From Candidatus Zhuqueibacterota bacterium (GTDB taxonomy: Bacteria; Zhuqueibacterota; QNDG01; JABMRT01), in assembly GCA_013202295.1 (NCBI GenBank), contig JABMRT010000064.1:3362-67361 (forward strand): a stretch of 64,000 nt of DNA, written 5' to 3'. The notes below the pieces were generated by a model. That model did not search any database and was not told the origin of the DNA. It saw only the letters and a list, made by a program, of their open reading frames with translations. Below, piece after piece: positions 1 through 10,303 of the stretch (position 1 is its first letter; each line of letters opens with the position of its first letter). The position numbers were made by a program, and so were the translations under genes.

Positions 1-442
1 AGTCAGTAGAAATACCGAGGCCGTCAAGTAGTTTGCCCGCATCGGATTCTGCTTCATATCCATCAAGATCGTCCAGCTCACCATAGATTTCTGACAGCCG
101 GATGCCCTCTTCATCGGTCATCTCGGATTTGTCCTCGAGTAGCGTTTTTTCAGTCAGGACTTTGAATAATTCCGGATGACCCATTAGGGCTGTTTGCATG
201 ACAGTAAATTCATCGAATGCAAAATGATCCTGACTGAGTGTGGCGATTCGTTTTCTTCGTGGAAGGTGAATTTCTCCGGAACTGATATCGACTTCACCTG
301 AAAGTGCTTTTAGAAAAGTCGACTTTCCGGAGCCATTTGCCCCGATCAGTCCGTAGCAGTTTTCTTCCATAAATTTGATTGATACATCCTTAAATAGAAT
401 TTGTTCACCAAATATAATTGATAGTTCGGTCGTTGATATCAT
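1..442 (-). CDS. ABC-F family ATPase (EttA/Uup-like), N-terminal part; gene continues beyond window start
   Basis: Reverse-strand translation from ATG (RC of 440-442) reads MISTTELSIIFGEQILFKDVSIKFMEENCYGLIGANGSGKSTFLKALSG... (Walker A GANGSGKST), open to position 1. It is absent from the ORF track because it runs off the edge. Confidence 0.6.
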   Translation of the reverse strand, partial: MISTTELSIIFGEQILFKDVSIKFMEENCYGLIGANGSGKSTFLKALSGEVDISSGEIHLPRRKRIATLSQDHFAFDEFTVMQTALMGHPELFKVLTEKTLLEDKSEMTDEEGIRLSEIYGELDDLDGYEAESDAGKLLDGLGISTD

Positions 443-814
443 TCTTGTTCTTTCAATTAGTACTTAATTTTAATTTATCTCAATCGTTTCAAGTTACATT
501 TATTATTTATCCTGATTCGCATCCATATGCGATGGAGCCGGACAAACTACGTCTTTGTAAGCAATTAACCAAGTATTTAATTTTATTTCTACAAAAGTTC
601 TTTTTTTTCAAAGTTACTTTATTTATGAGGCAATGCGTGGTGAATTTGAACGCATGTTAACTATAAAATTGTTTGCATACAACGATTCTCCTCGATATAT
701 TCTTATGTTCATACCCAAATTGAATTTTTAAATGATAATTCCGCGGAAGATGTCGTTTTCACACTTCGTCTCCAGACCAACCAGGTACGGAGAAATAATC
801 GAGGAGGGTTAAAC

Positions 815-2959
815 ATGTTATCTCGACTTCTAATCCTTACAATTTCATTTTTCATTACAGGCACCTCTTATTCTCAGATAGTCGCTGATTTTATCGGATC
901 TCCACGGTTCGGATATGCACCTATGAATGTGGTGTTCACCGATCAATCGACCAATGCCACGTCGTGGACATGGAGCTTCCCTGGAGGATCACCAAACAGT
1001 GCCACAGGACAGGGCCCTCATATCATCGCTTATAATTCTGCGGGTTCTTTTAATGTGTCATTAATGGTTCAGGGCATGACCACCCATATGATCATCGACA
1101 TTGAAACCAAACAGAATTATATCACAATGAATGTGCCTGAACTGGATTTCGGAGATGCACCGTCTCCTTACCCCACCATAGCAGCAGATCCCGGTGTGAT
1201 GATTCGGACTATACTGCCATCATGTAAATTGGGGGCTTTAATTGATGGGGAAACAGACGGGCAGCCTGATCCAAATGCTGTGGGTGACGACAACACAGGA
1301 CTTGATGATGAAGACGGTGTCACCTTCCATTGGCTCATTCAGGGAAAGGGACAGACATTTGTTACGGTCGATTTCTCTGACCCCGGTTTGTCTGCACACA
1401 ATGGATTGCTGAATGCCTGGATTGATTTTGATGGAGACAGCATCTGGGAGGCTGAGGAAAAGATATTTAACTCTGTCATCTTAACACGGGGTGAAGTCCA
1501 TGAATTGTATTTTTCTGTCCCAGATTCCGCTGTCCTTGGAAAGACATTTGCTCGGTTTGTTTTAACCTCAGCAAGACCTTGGGTGCCGATATCAGGCATC
1601 CCTGTGGGGGAGGTCGAGGATTATGAAATTGAAATTCTCAGCCCCTATGATTATGGAGACGCACCCTCTCCTTATCCGACACGGCTCAGTGATCCGGGTT
1701 CTGTGCACCGTACCTGGTCCTATCAATTTAGAATGGGGTGGGGGCAAACGGATGGAGAACCGGATGGTCAGCCTGATATTCATGCTCTGGGAGACGATAA
1801 TACAGATACTGATGATGAAGACGGTGTAGTGCTTGAAACGCCCTGGTCGGGATTGTTGCCCTTGTTTGATGCTGATGCTATTATTGACTTTACCACATCC
1901 TCGTGGGATGGCTTGATCGATGGCTGGATCGATTATGATCAGAACGGCATCTGGGAAAATGAGGAACAGATACTTAATTCCGAAGTACTGGCACCAGGTG
2001 ATATTCATACATTCACCTTTGAAGTGCCTGCGGATGCCGAACCGGGGACAACATTTGCACGATTTATACTCACGGCTCAGGATCCGGCTGATACAAATTT
2101 TGCTGGTATTCCTGCTGGCGAAGTGGAAGACTATGAGGTGTTCATTGAACCCAATCTTGATTTTGGGGATGCGCCTGCACCTTATCCTACTTTGCGTGCC
2201 GATCCCGGTGTGACATTCCGAGCCAGCTATCCAAACATGACTCTGGGATTTACAGTAGATTCAGAGCTGGATGGTCAACCTGATGTGGATGCTTTAGGGG
2301 ATGACAATGATGGTTCTGATGATGAGGATGGAGTGACCATCAACTGGCTCAATGCAGGTGAAGAGGGTACGGCCTATATCAGTCATCCAATCATTGACGG
2401 TGATACACTCTATGATGGACTACTTGATGCCTGGATTGACTTTGATCAGAATGGTGCATGGGAAGAGGATGAGCACGTGATCGATTCATATCTGGTGGAG
2501 CCGTTTACCGGAACCCTTGGTGTAACATTTGATGTGCCTGCCACAGCAATTACAGGCTACACATATGGTCGGTTTGTATTGACAGATGCAGATTCAGCTG
2601 AACATCACGAAGGAGTCTTTTGGGGTGAAGTGGAAGATCATCAGATTCAGGTTCTGCCCTCAACAGGTGTCAATGATGAGGAGAAGAATATCCCTTCAGA
2701 GTTCTATCTTGATCAGAACTATCCCAATCCATTCAATTCAAAAACCAAGATTCGATTTGGTGTAAAAGAGCAATGTCATGTGCTCCTTAAGGTTTTCAAC
2801 GTGTTGGGAGAAGAAGTCGGGACACTGGTTGATGAAGAATTCACCGCTGGAAGCTATGATGTTGATTTTATTACCATTAATCTAACATCCGGGATTTATT
2901 TCTATACTATTCAGATGAATGATTTCACAGATATTCAAAAGATGGTTGTTTTAGAATAA
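815..2959 (+). CDS. Secreted Asp-rich repeat protein with T9SS C-terminal sorting domain (type A CTD)
   Basis: GGAGG RBS 9 nt upstream and an N-terminal signal peptide. There are three ~170-aa tandem modules (LDFGDAPSPYPT...DGQPD...GDDNTGLDDEDGV...GEVEDYEI). The last ~85 aa (NYPNPFNSKTKIRF...GIYFYTIQ...KMVVLE) match the T9SS CTD pattern. Confidence 0.75.
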   Translation: MLSRLLILTISFFITGTSYSQIVADFIGSPRFGYAPMNVVFTDQSTNATSWTWSFPGGSPNSATGQGPHIIAYNSAGSFNVSLMVQGMTTHMIIDIETKQNYITMNVPELDFGDAPSPYPTIAADPGVMIRTILPSCKLGALIDGETDGQPDPNAVGDDNTGLDDEDGVTFHWLIQGKGQTFVTVDFSDPGLSAHNGLLNAWIDFDGDSIWEAEEKIFNSVILTRGEVHELYFSVPDSAVLGKTFARFVLTSARPWVPISGIPVGEVEDYEIEILSPYDYGDAPSPYPTRLSDPGSVHRTWSYQFRMGWGQTDGEPDGQPDIHALGDDNTDTDDEDGVVLETPWSGLLPLFDADAIIDFTTSSWDGLIDGWIDYDQNGIWENEEQILNSEVLAPGDIHTFTFEVPADAEPGTTFARFILTAQDPADTNFAGIPAGEVEDYEVFIEPNLDFGDAPAPYPTLRADPGVTFRASYPNMTLGFTVDSELDGQPDVDALGDDNDGSDDEDGVTINWLNAGEEGTAYISHPIIDGDTLYDGLLDAWIDFDQNGAWEEDEHVIDSYLVEPFTGTLGVTFDVPATAITGYTYGRFVLTDADSAEHHEGVFWGEVEDHQIQVLPSTGVNDEEKNIPSEFYLDQNYPNPFNSKTKIRFGVKEQCHVLLKVFNVLGEEVGTLVDEEFTAGSYDVDFITINLTSGIYFYTIQMNDFTDIQKMVVLE
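1139..2657 (+). repeat. Three in-frame tandem coding repeats (~507-510 bp each) inside the T9SS-protein gene
   Basis: Repeat starts at the ELDFGDAPSPYPT / YDYGDAPSPYPT / NLDFGDAPAPYPT motifs. Each unit contains a DGQPD...LGDDN(T/D)G.DDEDGV acidic, calcium-site-like stretch. Confidence 0.7.
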
Positions 2960-3001
2960 TTCATGTAGTATCCCAGTCATCAGGAATAAGGAGTCTGGAT
3001 A

Positions 3002-4162
3002 ATGAGTGCTAAAAAATTAAATAGAAGAGATTTTATTAAAACCTCCGCGGCGATTGGGGCTGTAGCTTTGACACCTGCTGTTTTTGGGGCTTTTTCCAGT
3101 TCTCCCGAAAAAACAGATGAATATTATAATACCCTTGCAGATGCATTGAACAAACTCCCCAATGCATTTCCCAGAACGGAATCCAATATCGAACTCCAGG
3201 TACTAAAAAAGATCTTTACTCCCGAGGAAGCCTGGCTATGTGGACAGCTCACCATTGAGTTTGAATCCATTGACAGTATTGCAGAACGTATCGGGCTCTC
3301 GGTTGAGGAAACCAGGGCACGTTTGGAGGAGGTGTCAAAGAAAGGATGCCTCTGGGGCAGTGTTCAACGGGGAGCTGTCAGACTGGCTCCTTTTATTGTC
3401 GGGATTTATGAGGCACAATTGTGGGAGATGGACCATGAACTTGCACATCTGGTGGAAGAGTATTTTGATGAGGGCGGTGTGGAGTTCATGCGGCCGCAAC
3501 CTGCCATTCATCGTGTGGTTCCCGCACAGAGTTCAACAAAATCAGAATGGATCCTTCCCCAGGATGATATTAAAGCGCTTCTGAAGACAATGGTATCCTT
3601 TCGTGTGCGTGATTGTATCTGTCGCGTCCAGCAGGAGCTAATTGGTGAGAGAAAATGTGATTATCCAAAGAATGTTTGTCTCAATTTCTCCCCGGTTGAA
3701 CGACCTCCGTCAGAGCGGGATCTCTCATTGGAAGAAGCGCTCGCTCTCATCGATGAAACGGAAAAAGTCGGATTGGTACACTCAGTCAGTAATGTCGCGG
3801 AAGGATTTTACTATGTCTGCAATTGCTGCGGGTGCTGCTGCGGGATTCTTCGTGGCATTACTGAGTATGGTATCGAAAAATCGGTTGCAGCTGCTAATTA
3901 TATTGCGAGTATTGATCCTGAAAAATGTGAGGGATGTGGCACCTGTGCCCAGAGATGTCATGTTGATGCAATATCGCCAGTTGATGGGAAATCCGTGGTC
4001 GATAAAGATAAGTGTATCGGGTGCGGGCTTTGTGTCACAGGTTGTCCACATGGGGTTGCACAATTGGAACGTAAACCCGACAATGAAATCATCCAGCCAC
4101 CCAAGGATTTCGGGACATGGGAGCATGAACGGCTGGTGAATCGGGGACTGAAGTCCATATAA
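3002..4162 (+). CDS. Tat-signal Fe-S protein (C-terminal 2x CxxCxxCxxxC ferredoxin-like motifs plus unusual CNCCGCCCG cysteine cluster), function unknown
   Basis: Twin-arginine signal (NRRDFIKTSAAIGAVALTPAVFGA). Cysteine motifs: YYVCNCCGCCCGILRG, CEGCGTCAQRC, CIGCGLCVTGCP. GGA RBS upstream. Confidence 0.6.
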   Translation: MSAKKLNRRDFIKTSAAIGAVALTPAVFGAFSSSPEKTDEYYNTLADALNKLPNAFPRTESNIELQVLKKIFTPEEAWLCGQLTIEFESIDSIAERIGLSVEETRARLEEVSKKGCLWGSVQRGAVRLAPFIVGIYEAQLWEMDHELAHLVEEYFDEGGVEFMRPQPAIHRVVPAQSSTKSEWILPQDDIKALLKTMVSFRVRDCICRVQQELIGERKCDYPKNVCLNFSPVERPPSERDLSLEEALALIDETEKVGLVHSVSNVAEGFYYVCNCCGCCCGILRGITEYGIEKSVAAANYIASIDPEKCEGCGTCAQRCHVDAISPVDGKSVVDKDKCIGCGLCVTGCPHGVAQLERKPDNEIIQPPKDFGTWEHERLVNRGLKSI

Positions 4163-4181
4163 TGTAGAAGGGATGTTTTAT

Positions 4182-4219
4182 CTCGTTCCCACGCAGAGCA
4201 TTGGAACGAGTGATTTTTG
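4182..4219 (+). terminator. Rho-independent terminator for 3002..4162
   Basis: Stem CTCGTTCC (4182-4189) pairs with GGAACGAG (4203-4210), followed by TGATTTTTG. Confidence 0.5.
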
Positions 4220-4261
4220 CCCCGGCATTTCGGTTCCGGGATTTTATTTATATTATTTCCA

Positions 4262-4345
4262 CATACCTGTCATTCCGGTAATCTTTTAAGCCGGAATCCA
4301 CCCATACCCTTCACCCTGGATTCCCGCGTTCGCGGGAATGACAAT
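4262..4345. repeat. Nested inverted-repeat element between convergent genes (two hairpins inside outer IR GTCATTCC...GGAATGAC)
   Basis: Hairpin 1 stem is ATTCCGG/CCGGAAT. Hairpin 2 is TGGATTCCCGCG-TT-CGCGGGAATGAC (9-bp GC-rich stem). There is no U-tract on either strand. Confidence 0.35.
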
Positions 4346-4417
4346 TAGAGAGCATCATTTTCCGACAAACAGGAATAGGTTTTCCAAACGATGATTGTAT
4401 CGATTTTAATTTATGAT

Positions 4418-7400
4418 TTAACGCCAGTCGAAGAGGTCTTCGCTGAATTTCATGCGGAATGTCATGTAGAAGTTGGAGTAGTTGTATTCTGAATAGCTGA
4501 AGTCCGGATCATCAAAATTCTTGACAATGTATCCGAGACCGAGCTGCATGTTTTTGCGGAGCAGATAATTAACATCCACGCCGAGTCCTGTTTTCATCTG
4601 ATTGATGGGTTGAAGCTGAACCACGCGGGTATCAATGCCGAGGCTCCAGCGTTTGAGCATTTCAATTTCCGTCCTTAACAAATAAAGCAACGTTGTAGTC
4701 TTGCTGCTGAATAAACCCTGTTCCTCATCCAATAATTGCCGCATGGCGAAACGCCCGCCGAATTCGAGCCATGAAAGTGGCTGGAAATATCCATGCATCG
4801 AAACAATGATGCGATCCAGCCGGGTTTGTGGTTGGACATGTGTGTTCTGATCCGTGAGATACTGAACCTTGGCCACGGTGTTAAAGACATCCTGTAATTC
4901 GGGTCGGTATGCGACACCGAGTTGATAATTGCCGCGAATCCATTTGTCCGTTGTTTTTCCGATAAAACGGGAATCGGAATGTTCCAGCTTGGTAATGACG
5001 CTGAGTCCATTCAGAATCTTGAACTGATTGCCCTGTGTGATAATGATTTTTCGTACGGTTTTATCCTTAAATAACTCAAATTTGCCCGTTGATTTCAATG
5101 GCATGGCAGGCAGGTATTCATAGGACATGGAGATTGCATTATGATCGGGTGTGGGAATTTCGAGTGAGTCGATGGTTGCCCGGCTTTCGAGCGCGACATT
5201 GAGTGTCAGGTCTTCACGTACTTTCCAAAGGTTTCTCAAACCAATACTTGCTCGATTTAGCTGTTCACCGGCCGCGCCGCCAATCTCATACTTGCCGTCC
5301 AGCTGTGTGTTGTCGAAGAGTTGGGAATCAAATCCAAGCACGGTCTGTGACTTGTTCAATCCCGATGTCAGGAACTTCTGTTTCACAAACAGGTTTAATT
5401 GCTCCGTTAATTTATATGACAAACCAATCGAAGTGCCCGTGGGTTTGGATTGATCCGTAGATCCCAGGTTCTGCTCATGTTCCACCAGGGTTGAAAGCCT
5501 GCTGCCCAATTCGTACGTTACTTGTCCACGAATCAGATTTGATTGATAGGAACGGGTCTGTGTAGAATCAGATCCTACTTGCTTGCGAAGCGCGTTTTCA
5601 TAGCCAAGCCGAAGCTTGGTTTTTTCATTGAGGCTGTATTGATAATGCGTATTGGCCACGCGGACATGGCTTTCGTTGACTGAACCTATCTGATTGAATT
5701 GACGGTAATACTCAGATTCTACTGTTCCGTACTTATCCAGTTTGAATGTGCCAGACGCGCCATATTTCTCTGCGCCCTGGTCGAAGCGGCTTCCGGTTTG
5801 GGAAGCATTCAGGAAGGTGTTGTCCATACTGCGATAGTAGCCTTCAAGATTGACCATGCGATGCGGTGCCAGTTTCAATTCGGTTTTCCAGGCCTGTCCG
5901 GATTGCTCGCCGCTTGAGAAATCCGAATTTCTCGAGTGTGCAAGTTCTCCATTTACAGTGATCCACGAGAAAATGGGCAAGGATAAATCCGTACCGTACA
6001 GCATGTAATTGGAGGGTTCTTTCTCCTCGATAATCAGTGAGGATCCCACTTTCAAACGACCCAGGAATTGTCCATCATATCGCACACCGCCGATTGCTGA
6101 TTTGTCTTCGTTTGACTCATACTCATACGCACATACGATATAGACCGGATTGCCTCTGCTGTCTACACTGGGTACAGGCTGTTTGAACATGAGTGTGCCG
6201 TCCACGAAATTGATGTCGTAATCCTGGTAACGGATTTTTTCTGTTGATTTCAACACTTTTTCCGGATGATAGCGATCACGAACTTCAATGCGGATTTTGT
6301 CTGAATTAATCGTGATTCGTCCGACATTCAGGTAATAATAGCCGGATATGCCTTCACCCCGGACCTCATCCAGTTTCATCTTGCGGTTATTGAGTGTGGC
6401 GAATCCAGTTAAAGTATGATCCCAGGCCTTTACATGTCCCTGGAATCCGGTGAACGATCGATCATACGCGGTAAATTCCGTGCCCCGCATTTCGGTGTTG
6501 AAATCTCCGAGAACCATGTAGGATTCATTCCGCTCAATCTTGCCGTAGAATTTGGACTGGGTCTGTGCATCGTAGCTGATTTGACTGGCATCTCCGTAAA
6601 GCGCGTATTGCTCGTTCGGGTCCAAATCGCGGAAGAGCTGGTCTTTCATTTCACGCTTGCTGTCATACGAGGCCGTGACATTGTATTGGTTAAATACACT
6701 GCCCTTGGCGTAGAATGCAGCATGTCTTGAAACCGGAACCTCTTTGATTTTGCCTTCTTCGTTGGTGTAATCGGCCATCGAGAACTTTGGTTCATGCATC
6801 TCGTCGCCGTTCGTTTGATAGAGGGATGCAGAAGCATCCGCCGACCCGACCAGAATGAACGATGCCAGTGCGGTTGTATACTGCACCGGGATTTCCAGGG
6901 TCGTGCCTTCCGCGTACACATCCAATGTGGCTGTGCCCACTTGGTCATCGGCCTGGATTGTGAACTCCAGTTTGCCGTCCGTCACAAGCAGTTGAATTCC
7001 CGCCATGTTGGTGTCCAAGTCGGTCTCAATTAGAGATCCTTCCGTCAGAGAGACTTTGGCTACCTTTATCCAAGGCACATTGTATCCCCATTCGTCCTGG
7101 AATTGTACACTCACCGATTGAAGCGATCTGCCATCCGCAGCGAGCGAGATTTTCTCAGGATTCACCTTGATTTGCTCAGGCGGGCCCACGACATGAATCT
7201 TGCGTGCATTTTGATAGATTTTATTTCCTGCACCCATGGCTTCCGTTCTCAATTCAATCGGGCCATACGGCACCGGAACATTGAGGAAGTCATAAATGCC
7301 GTCAATTCGGATTGTTCCTGAATCTGCCAATACTTCATTGACGTAAAGCCATGCAGGATTTCCGGCTTTGCCATAGATCGTGACAGCAATATGATGCAGT

Positions 7401-7510
7401 CCTTCCACAGCATCTTTCTTGGGATTCAGAATGACTACCTGTCCCTGAGCTGCCGTCATTGCTGTCAGGCAAATCCAAAAAACGAGCTTATGTAATTTAC
7501 GCCATTTCAT
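4418..7510 (-). CDS. Large secreted/outer-membrane-associated protein (signal peptide, N-terminal Ig-like region, long beta-rich C-terminal region); putative anchor/usher-like partner of the DUF11 proteins
   Basis: 1030-aa ORF with signal peptide MKWRKLHKLVFWICLTAMTAAQGQ. Its start codon overlaps the stop of the upstream DUF11 gene at 7510 (ATGA). The composition is beta-strand-rich with alternating hydrophobic residues. Confidence 0.5.
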   Translation of the reverse strand: MKWRKLHKLVFWICLTAMTAAQGQVVILNPKKDAVEGLHHIAVTIYGKAGNPAWLYVNEVLADSGTIRIDGIYDFLNVPVPYGPIELRTEAMGAGNKIYQNARKIHVVGPPEQIKVNPEKISLAADGRSLQSVSVQFQDEWGYNVPWIKVAKVSLTEGSLIETDLDTNMAGIQLLVTDGKLEFTIQADDQVGTATLDVYAEGTTLEIPVQYTTALASFILVGSADASASLYQTNGDEMHEPKFSMADYTNEEGKIKEVPVSRHAAFYAKGSVFNQYNVTASYDSKREMKDQLFRDLDPNEQYALYGDASQISYDAQTQSKFYGKIERNESYMVLGDFNTEMRGTEFTAYDRSFTGFQGHVKAWDHTLTGFATLNNRKMKLDEVRGEGISGYYYLNVGRITINSDKIRIEVRDRYHPEKVLKSTEKIRYQDYDINFVDGTLMFKQPVPSVDSRGNPVYIVCAYEYESNEDKSAIGGVRYDGQFLGRLKVGSSLIIEEKEPSNYMLYGTDLSLPIFSWITVNGELAHSRNSDFSSGEQSGQAWKTELKLAPHRMVNLEGYYRSMDNTFLNASQTGSRFDQGAEKYGASGTFKLDKYGTVESEYYRQFNQIGSVNESHVRVANTHYQYSLNEKTKLRLGYENALRKQVGSDSTQTRSYQSNLIRGQVTYELGSRLSTLVEHEQNLGSTDQSKPTGTSIGLSYKLTEQLNLFVKQKFLTSGLNKSQTVLGFDSQLFDNTQLDGKYEIGGAAGEQLNRASIGLRNLWKVREDLTLNVALESRATIDSLEIPTPDHNAISMSYEYLPAMPLKSTGKFELFKDKTVRKIIITQGNQFKILNGLSVITKLEHSDSRFIGKTTDKWIRGNYQLGVAYRPELQDVFNTVAKVQYLTDQNTHVQPQTRLDRIIVSMHGYFQPLSWLEFGGRFAMRQLLDEEQGLFSSKTTTLLYLLRTEIEMLKRWSLGIDTRVVQLQPINQMKTGLGVDVNYLLRKNMQLGLGYIVKNFDDPDFSYSEYNYSNFYMTFRMKFSEDLFDWR

Positions 7511-10272
7511 CAGAGTATATTAATCCGTTTTACTGCAAAATTGGCCTTTGCTACACCGGCCGGACTCAGCCGGATCAGCCGTGATTTTGGATCATTCAGA
7601 AAATCCATCGAATTACAGAAGAGATCCACTTCCTTTGGCAAAGTCCGTTCATTGAGCCGCAATACATGCTGTCCGGGATCCACATTGGGAATGGAAAATT
7701 TGCCGAACTCATCAGTAATGACACGGGTGCCATCCTCCATAATCAATTCGATCTGTCCGAATGTGGTTTCGTTGTCATCATGCATGCCGTTTTCGTTCTC
7801 ATCTTGATAAACCTTGCCGAAGATGAAGCCCCGATCATCAAACGCGCCTCGACGAATCATTATCGCTGCGATGGCTTCGTCTGAATAAATCCAGTCTCCG
7901 AACTCACATTGCCCGGCTGCGATCACACGGTTTTCGTGCTCACCCAATCCCACAGAAAGGCCTACAATCACCCGGTACTTTAACTGAAAACTCTTACCCG
8001 GTTGAAGTGTGTCTGTCACCATCCAGGTCATTGTTGAACCATTAATCCCTGGATCCATGAAGGGCTTGGATTCGAGACGACTTGTTCCGGTCTCATAGCG
8101 GAATCCTTCGGGCATCCGGTCCTTCACCTCAATGGGGGTCAACCAGCTCTCCTGACTTTTATTCTCCAAAGTCACTGTGTACGTCAGAATGTCTCCAACT
8201 TCGGATACCTTGCGATTGACCGTCTTTTTCACAGAGAGGAAGGGTTGAAGTAATTTGGTTCTTGCTTCAGACCGTTCATCATCCATCGTTTTTACTGTGT
8301 CCTGACTGAAATGGATTTCAGCACGGTTTTCGATTTCGCGAATACCCGGGCCAATATCCTCAACAACAATCGCACGTAGAATGATGGAATCAGGTTCAGA
8401 TGTCAACAGTCCGATGCGGCGCATTCGCAACTGATTTGTCACCGGATCATACGATTCCATTTCCAGAACGGGTTTCTGAACAATTTCATCCGGAAGGAGT
8501 CGTATTTCTCTGGGAAGATAATCCACGATATAAACTGTATCCATTACATTGTGTTCTGTCGTGCCATACCAGATGGTGTATGTGAGGGTGTCACCGACCT
8601 CAGCACGTTTCAGATCAACCTTCTTGTAGGCGAATACGGATCCTGAAATATCCACTGGCTCTGTGTTTGTGGCACATGAAGAGACGGCCACGGATGAGGT
8701 GTGGCTGTCAGAGAGCCATGCAGTATTCTCGATCAGAGTACCGAGTTCAACCGATTCACTGATTCGCGTCATCAAGGTGAGCGTATCCGTCAATCCGGGA
8801 ACCAGACTGGTTGCCGTCCAGATCACGATGTGTGACTCCGGATCGTAGACATGATCTCCTGACGCGTCGATAAATTCCAGAAATTCAGGAAGTGTATCTC
8901 GCAATACCGATTCATGTGCAATCGCAGTGCCGTGATTGACGCATGTGATGGTATAAATCAGAGTATCACCGGGTGAGGCAGTTGCTTGCGATTCCTTGAC
9001 CACAACCAGAACAGGTTGCGATGAAACCGTGATCGACCACAATGAAGTATCTTGCAGACCTTCAGAACAGGTGATTTTTGCAATGTTGTCAATCACCGTC
9101 TGATCATCAATAGGCATTTGGATGACCGTTTCGAGTTCGAGTGTATCGATGAACCCGGGCTGCATTTCCCCGAGATGCCAGACCACGGTATCGGCATTTG
9201 CGACCGGATCATGGGTGGCACTCAAATAAGACAGCCAACTCGACAGAGTATCCCGCACAATGACATTATGTACGGATCTGACACCGGAATTACCCACTGC
9301 GATTTTATACAGTATGGTATCTCCAGCTGTAAAGAGTGAATCATCCGCGAACTTTTCGATGAAGAGATTGCCGCCGTATCCCAAACAGGCAGAGGCTGTA
9401 TCCGCAGTATCAACTGCACCCTCCGCGCATTTCAAATAGGCGAAATTGAAGATCGAGTCTGTTCCTGCCTCAGCCAGAATTTCAACTTCCAGATCGATTT
9501 CGGATTCTTCTCCCGCAGCCAATGTGGGTACGATCCAATGAAACACGCCATTGGATGTATCCGCCGGTTCGGAGGAAGTAATAAAACGGGTCCCATGGGG
9601 AAGGGTATCGTTCACAACGAGCTGTGTCAGGGTCATGGGACCCGTATTTTTTATCCGTAAGCCATAGGTCAGGGTATCGCCGATGAAAGCAGATTCCTGA
9701 TCTACGGTTTTATCGATCTTTACTGCCGGCCAAGGCTGCCAAACCGTAGCAAGTGCTTTGGAATGGCCTCTGTAGCCGTCCTGGGTTTCGTAATACGCTG
9801 TATTGATTACAGAATCCTGGTAGACGGCCTCGATAATTTTACAATGTAATTGGATATTTACTACGCCACCGACTCTGATTTCCGGGATCAGCCATTCAAT
9901 GACATTTCCCGTGACCTGGCCGGTGGGATTTGACTGTACGTAAGACAGCATATGATCAAGCGAGTCCCGGATGGTCACATTGGTTAATGTGGATTCATCC
10001 ATATTTCTCACCTTGATATGATACTCGATTGTATCGCCCAATGCAACCAGCTGGGCATCGGTGGTTTTCTCGATGCTCACCAATCCCTCCCGGACCCGTG
10101 TCACGACCGTGTCGCTCGGCACTTCCATCACCACACCGCCACCGCCATCATAAGCGGCGTGAGCAACGTTGGTGATCTCCGTCCCTGGCGGAGTCTGGGC
10201 CCAACCTGAACCAAAGGCCAGGATGGACAGGAGCCCTAAGAGAAAGAGAGGTTTTTGGACGAAACGTTTCAT
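7510..10272 (-). CDS. DUF11 (conserved repeat domain) surface protein, 920 aa
   Basis: Signal peptide MKRFVQKPLFLLGLLSILAFGSGWA. Multiple DUF11-like modules (GDTLTYxI...N.G...). Conserved post-signal motif TPPGTEITNVAHAAYDGGGG...TRV shared with 10304..11965. Confidence 0.7.
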   Translation of the reverse strand: MKRFVQKPLFLLGLLSILAFGSGWAQTPPGTEITNVAHAAYDGGGGVVMEVPSDTVVTRVREGLVSIEKTTDAQLVALGDTIEYHIKVRNMDESTLTNVTIRDSLDHMLSYVQSNPTGQVTGNVIEWLIPEIRVGGVVNIQLHCKIIEAVYQDSVINTAYYETQDGYRGHSKALATVWQPWPAVKIDKTVDQESAFIGDTLTYGLRIKNTGPMTLTQLVVNDTLPHGTRFITSSEPADTSNGVFHWIVPTLAAGEESEIDLEVEILAEAGTDSIFNFAYLKCAEGAVDTADTASACLGYGGNLFIEKFADDSLFTAGDTILYKIAVGNSGVRSVHNVIVRDTLSSWLSYLSATHDPVANADTVVWHLGEMQPGFIDTLELETVIQMPIDDQTVIDNIAKITCSEGLQDTSLWSITVSSQPVLVVVKESQATASPGDTLIYTITCVNHGTAIAHESVLRDTLPEFLEFIDASGDHVYDPESHIVIWTATSLVPGLTDTLTLMTRISESVELGTLIENTAWLSDSHTSSVAVSSCATNTEPVDISGSVFAYKKVDLKRAEVGDTLTYTIWYGTTEHNVMDTVYIVDYLPREIRLLPDEIVQKPVLEMESYDPVTNQLRMRRIGLLTSEPDSIILRAIVVEDIGPGIREIENRAEIHFSQDTVKTMDDERSEARTKLLQPFLSVKKTVNRKVSEVGDILTYTVTLENKSQESWLTPIEVKDRMPEGFRYETGTSRLESKPFMDPGINGSTMTWMVTDTLQPGKSFQLKYRVIVGLSVGLGEHENRVIAAGQCEFGDWIYSDEAIAAIMIRRGAFDDRGFIFGKVYQDENENGMHDDNETTFGQIELIMEDGTRVITDEFGKFSIPNVDPGQHVLRLNERTLPKEVDLFCNSMDFLNDPKSRLIRLSPAGVAKANFAVKRINIL

Positions 10273-10303
10273 GCTTTGTTATTGCTATCCCGCATCAAGT
10301 CAA

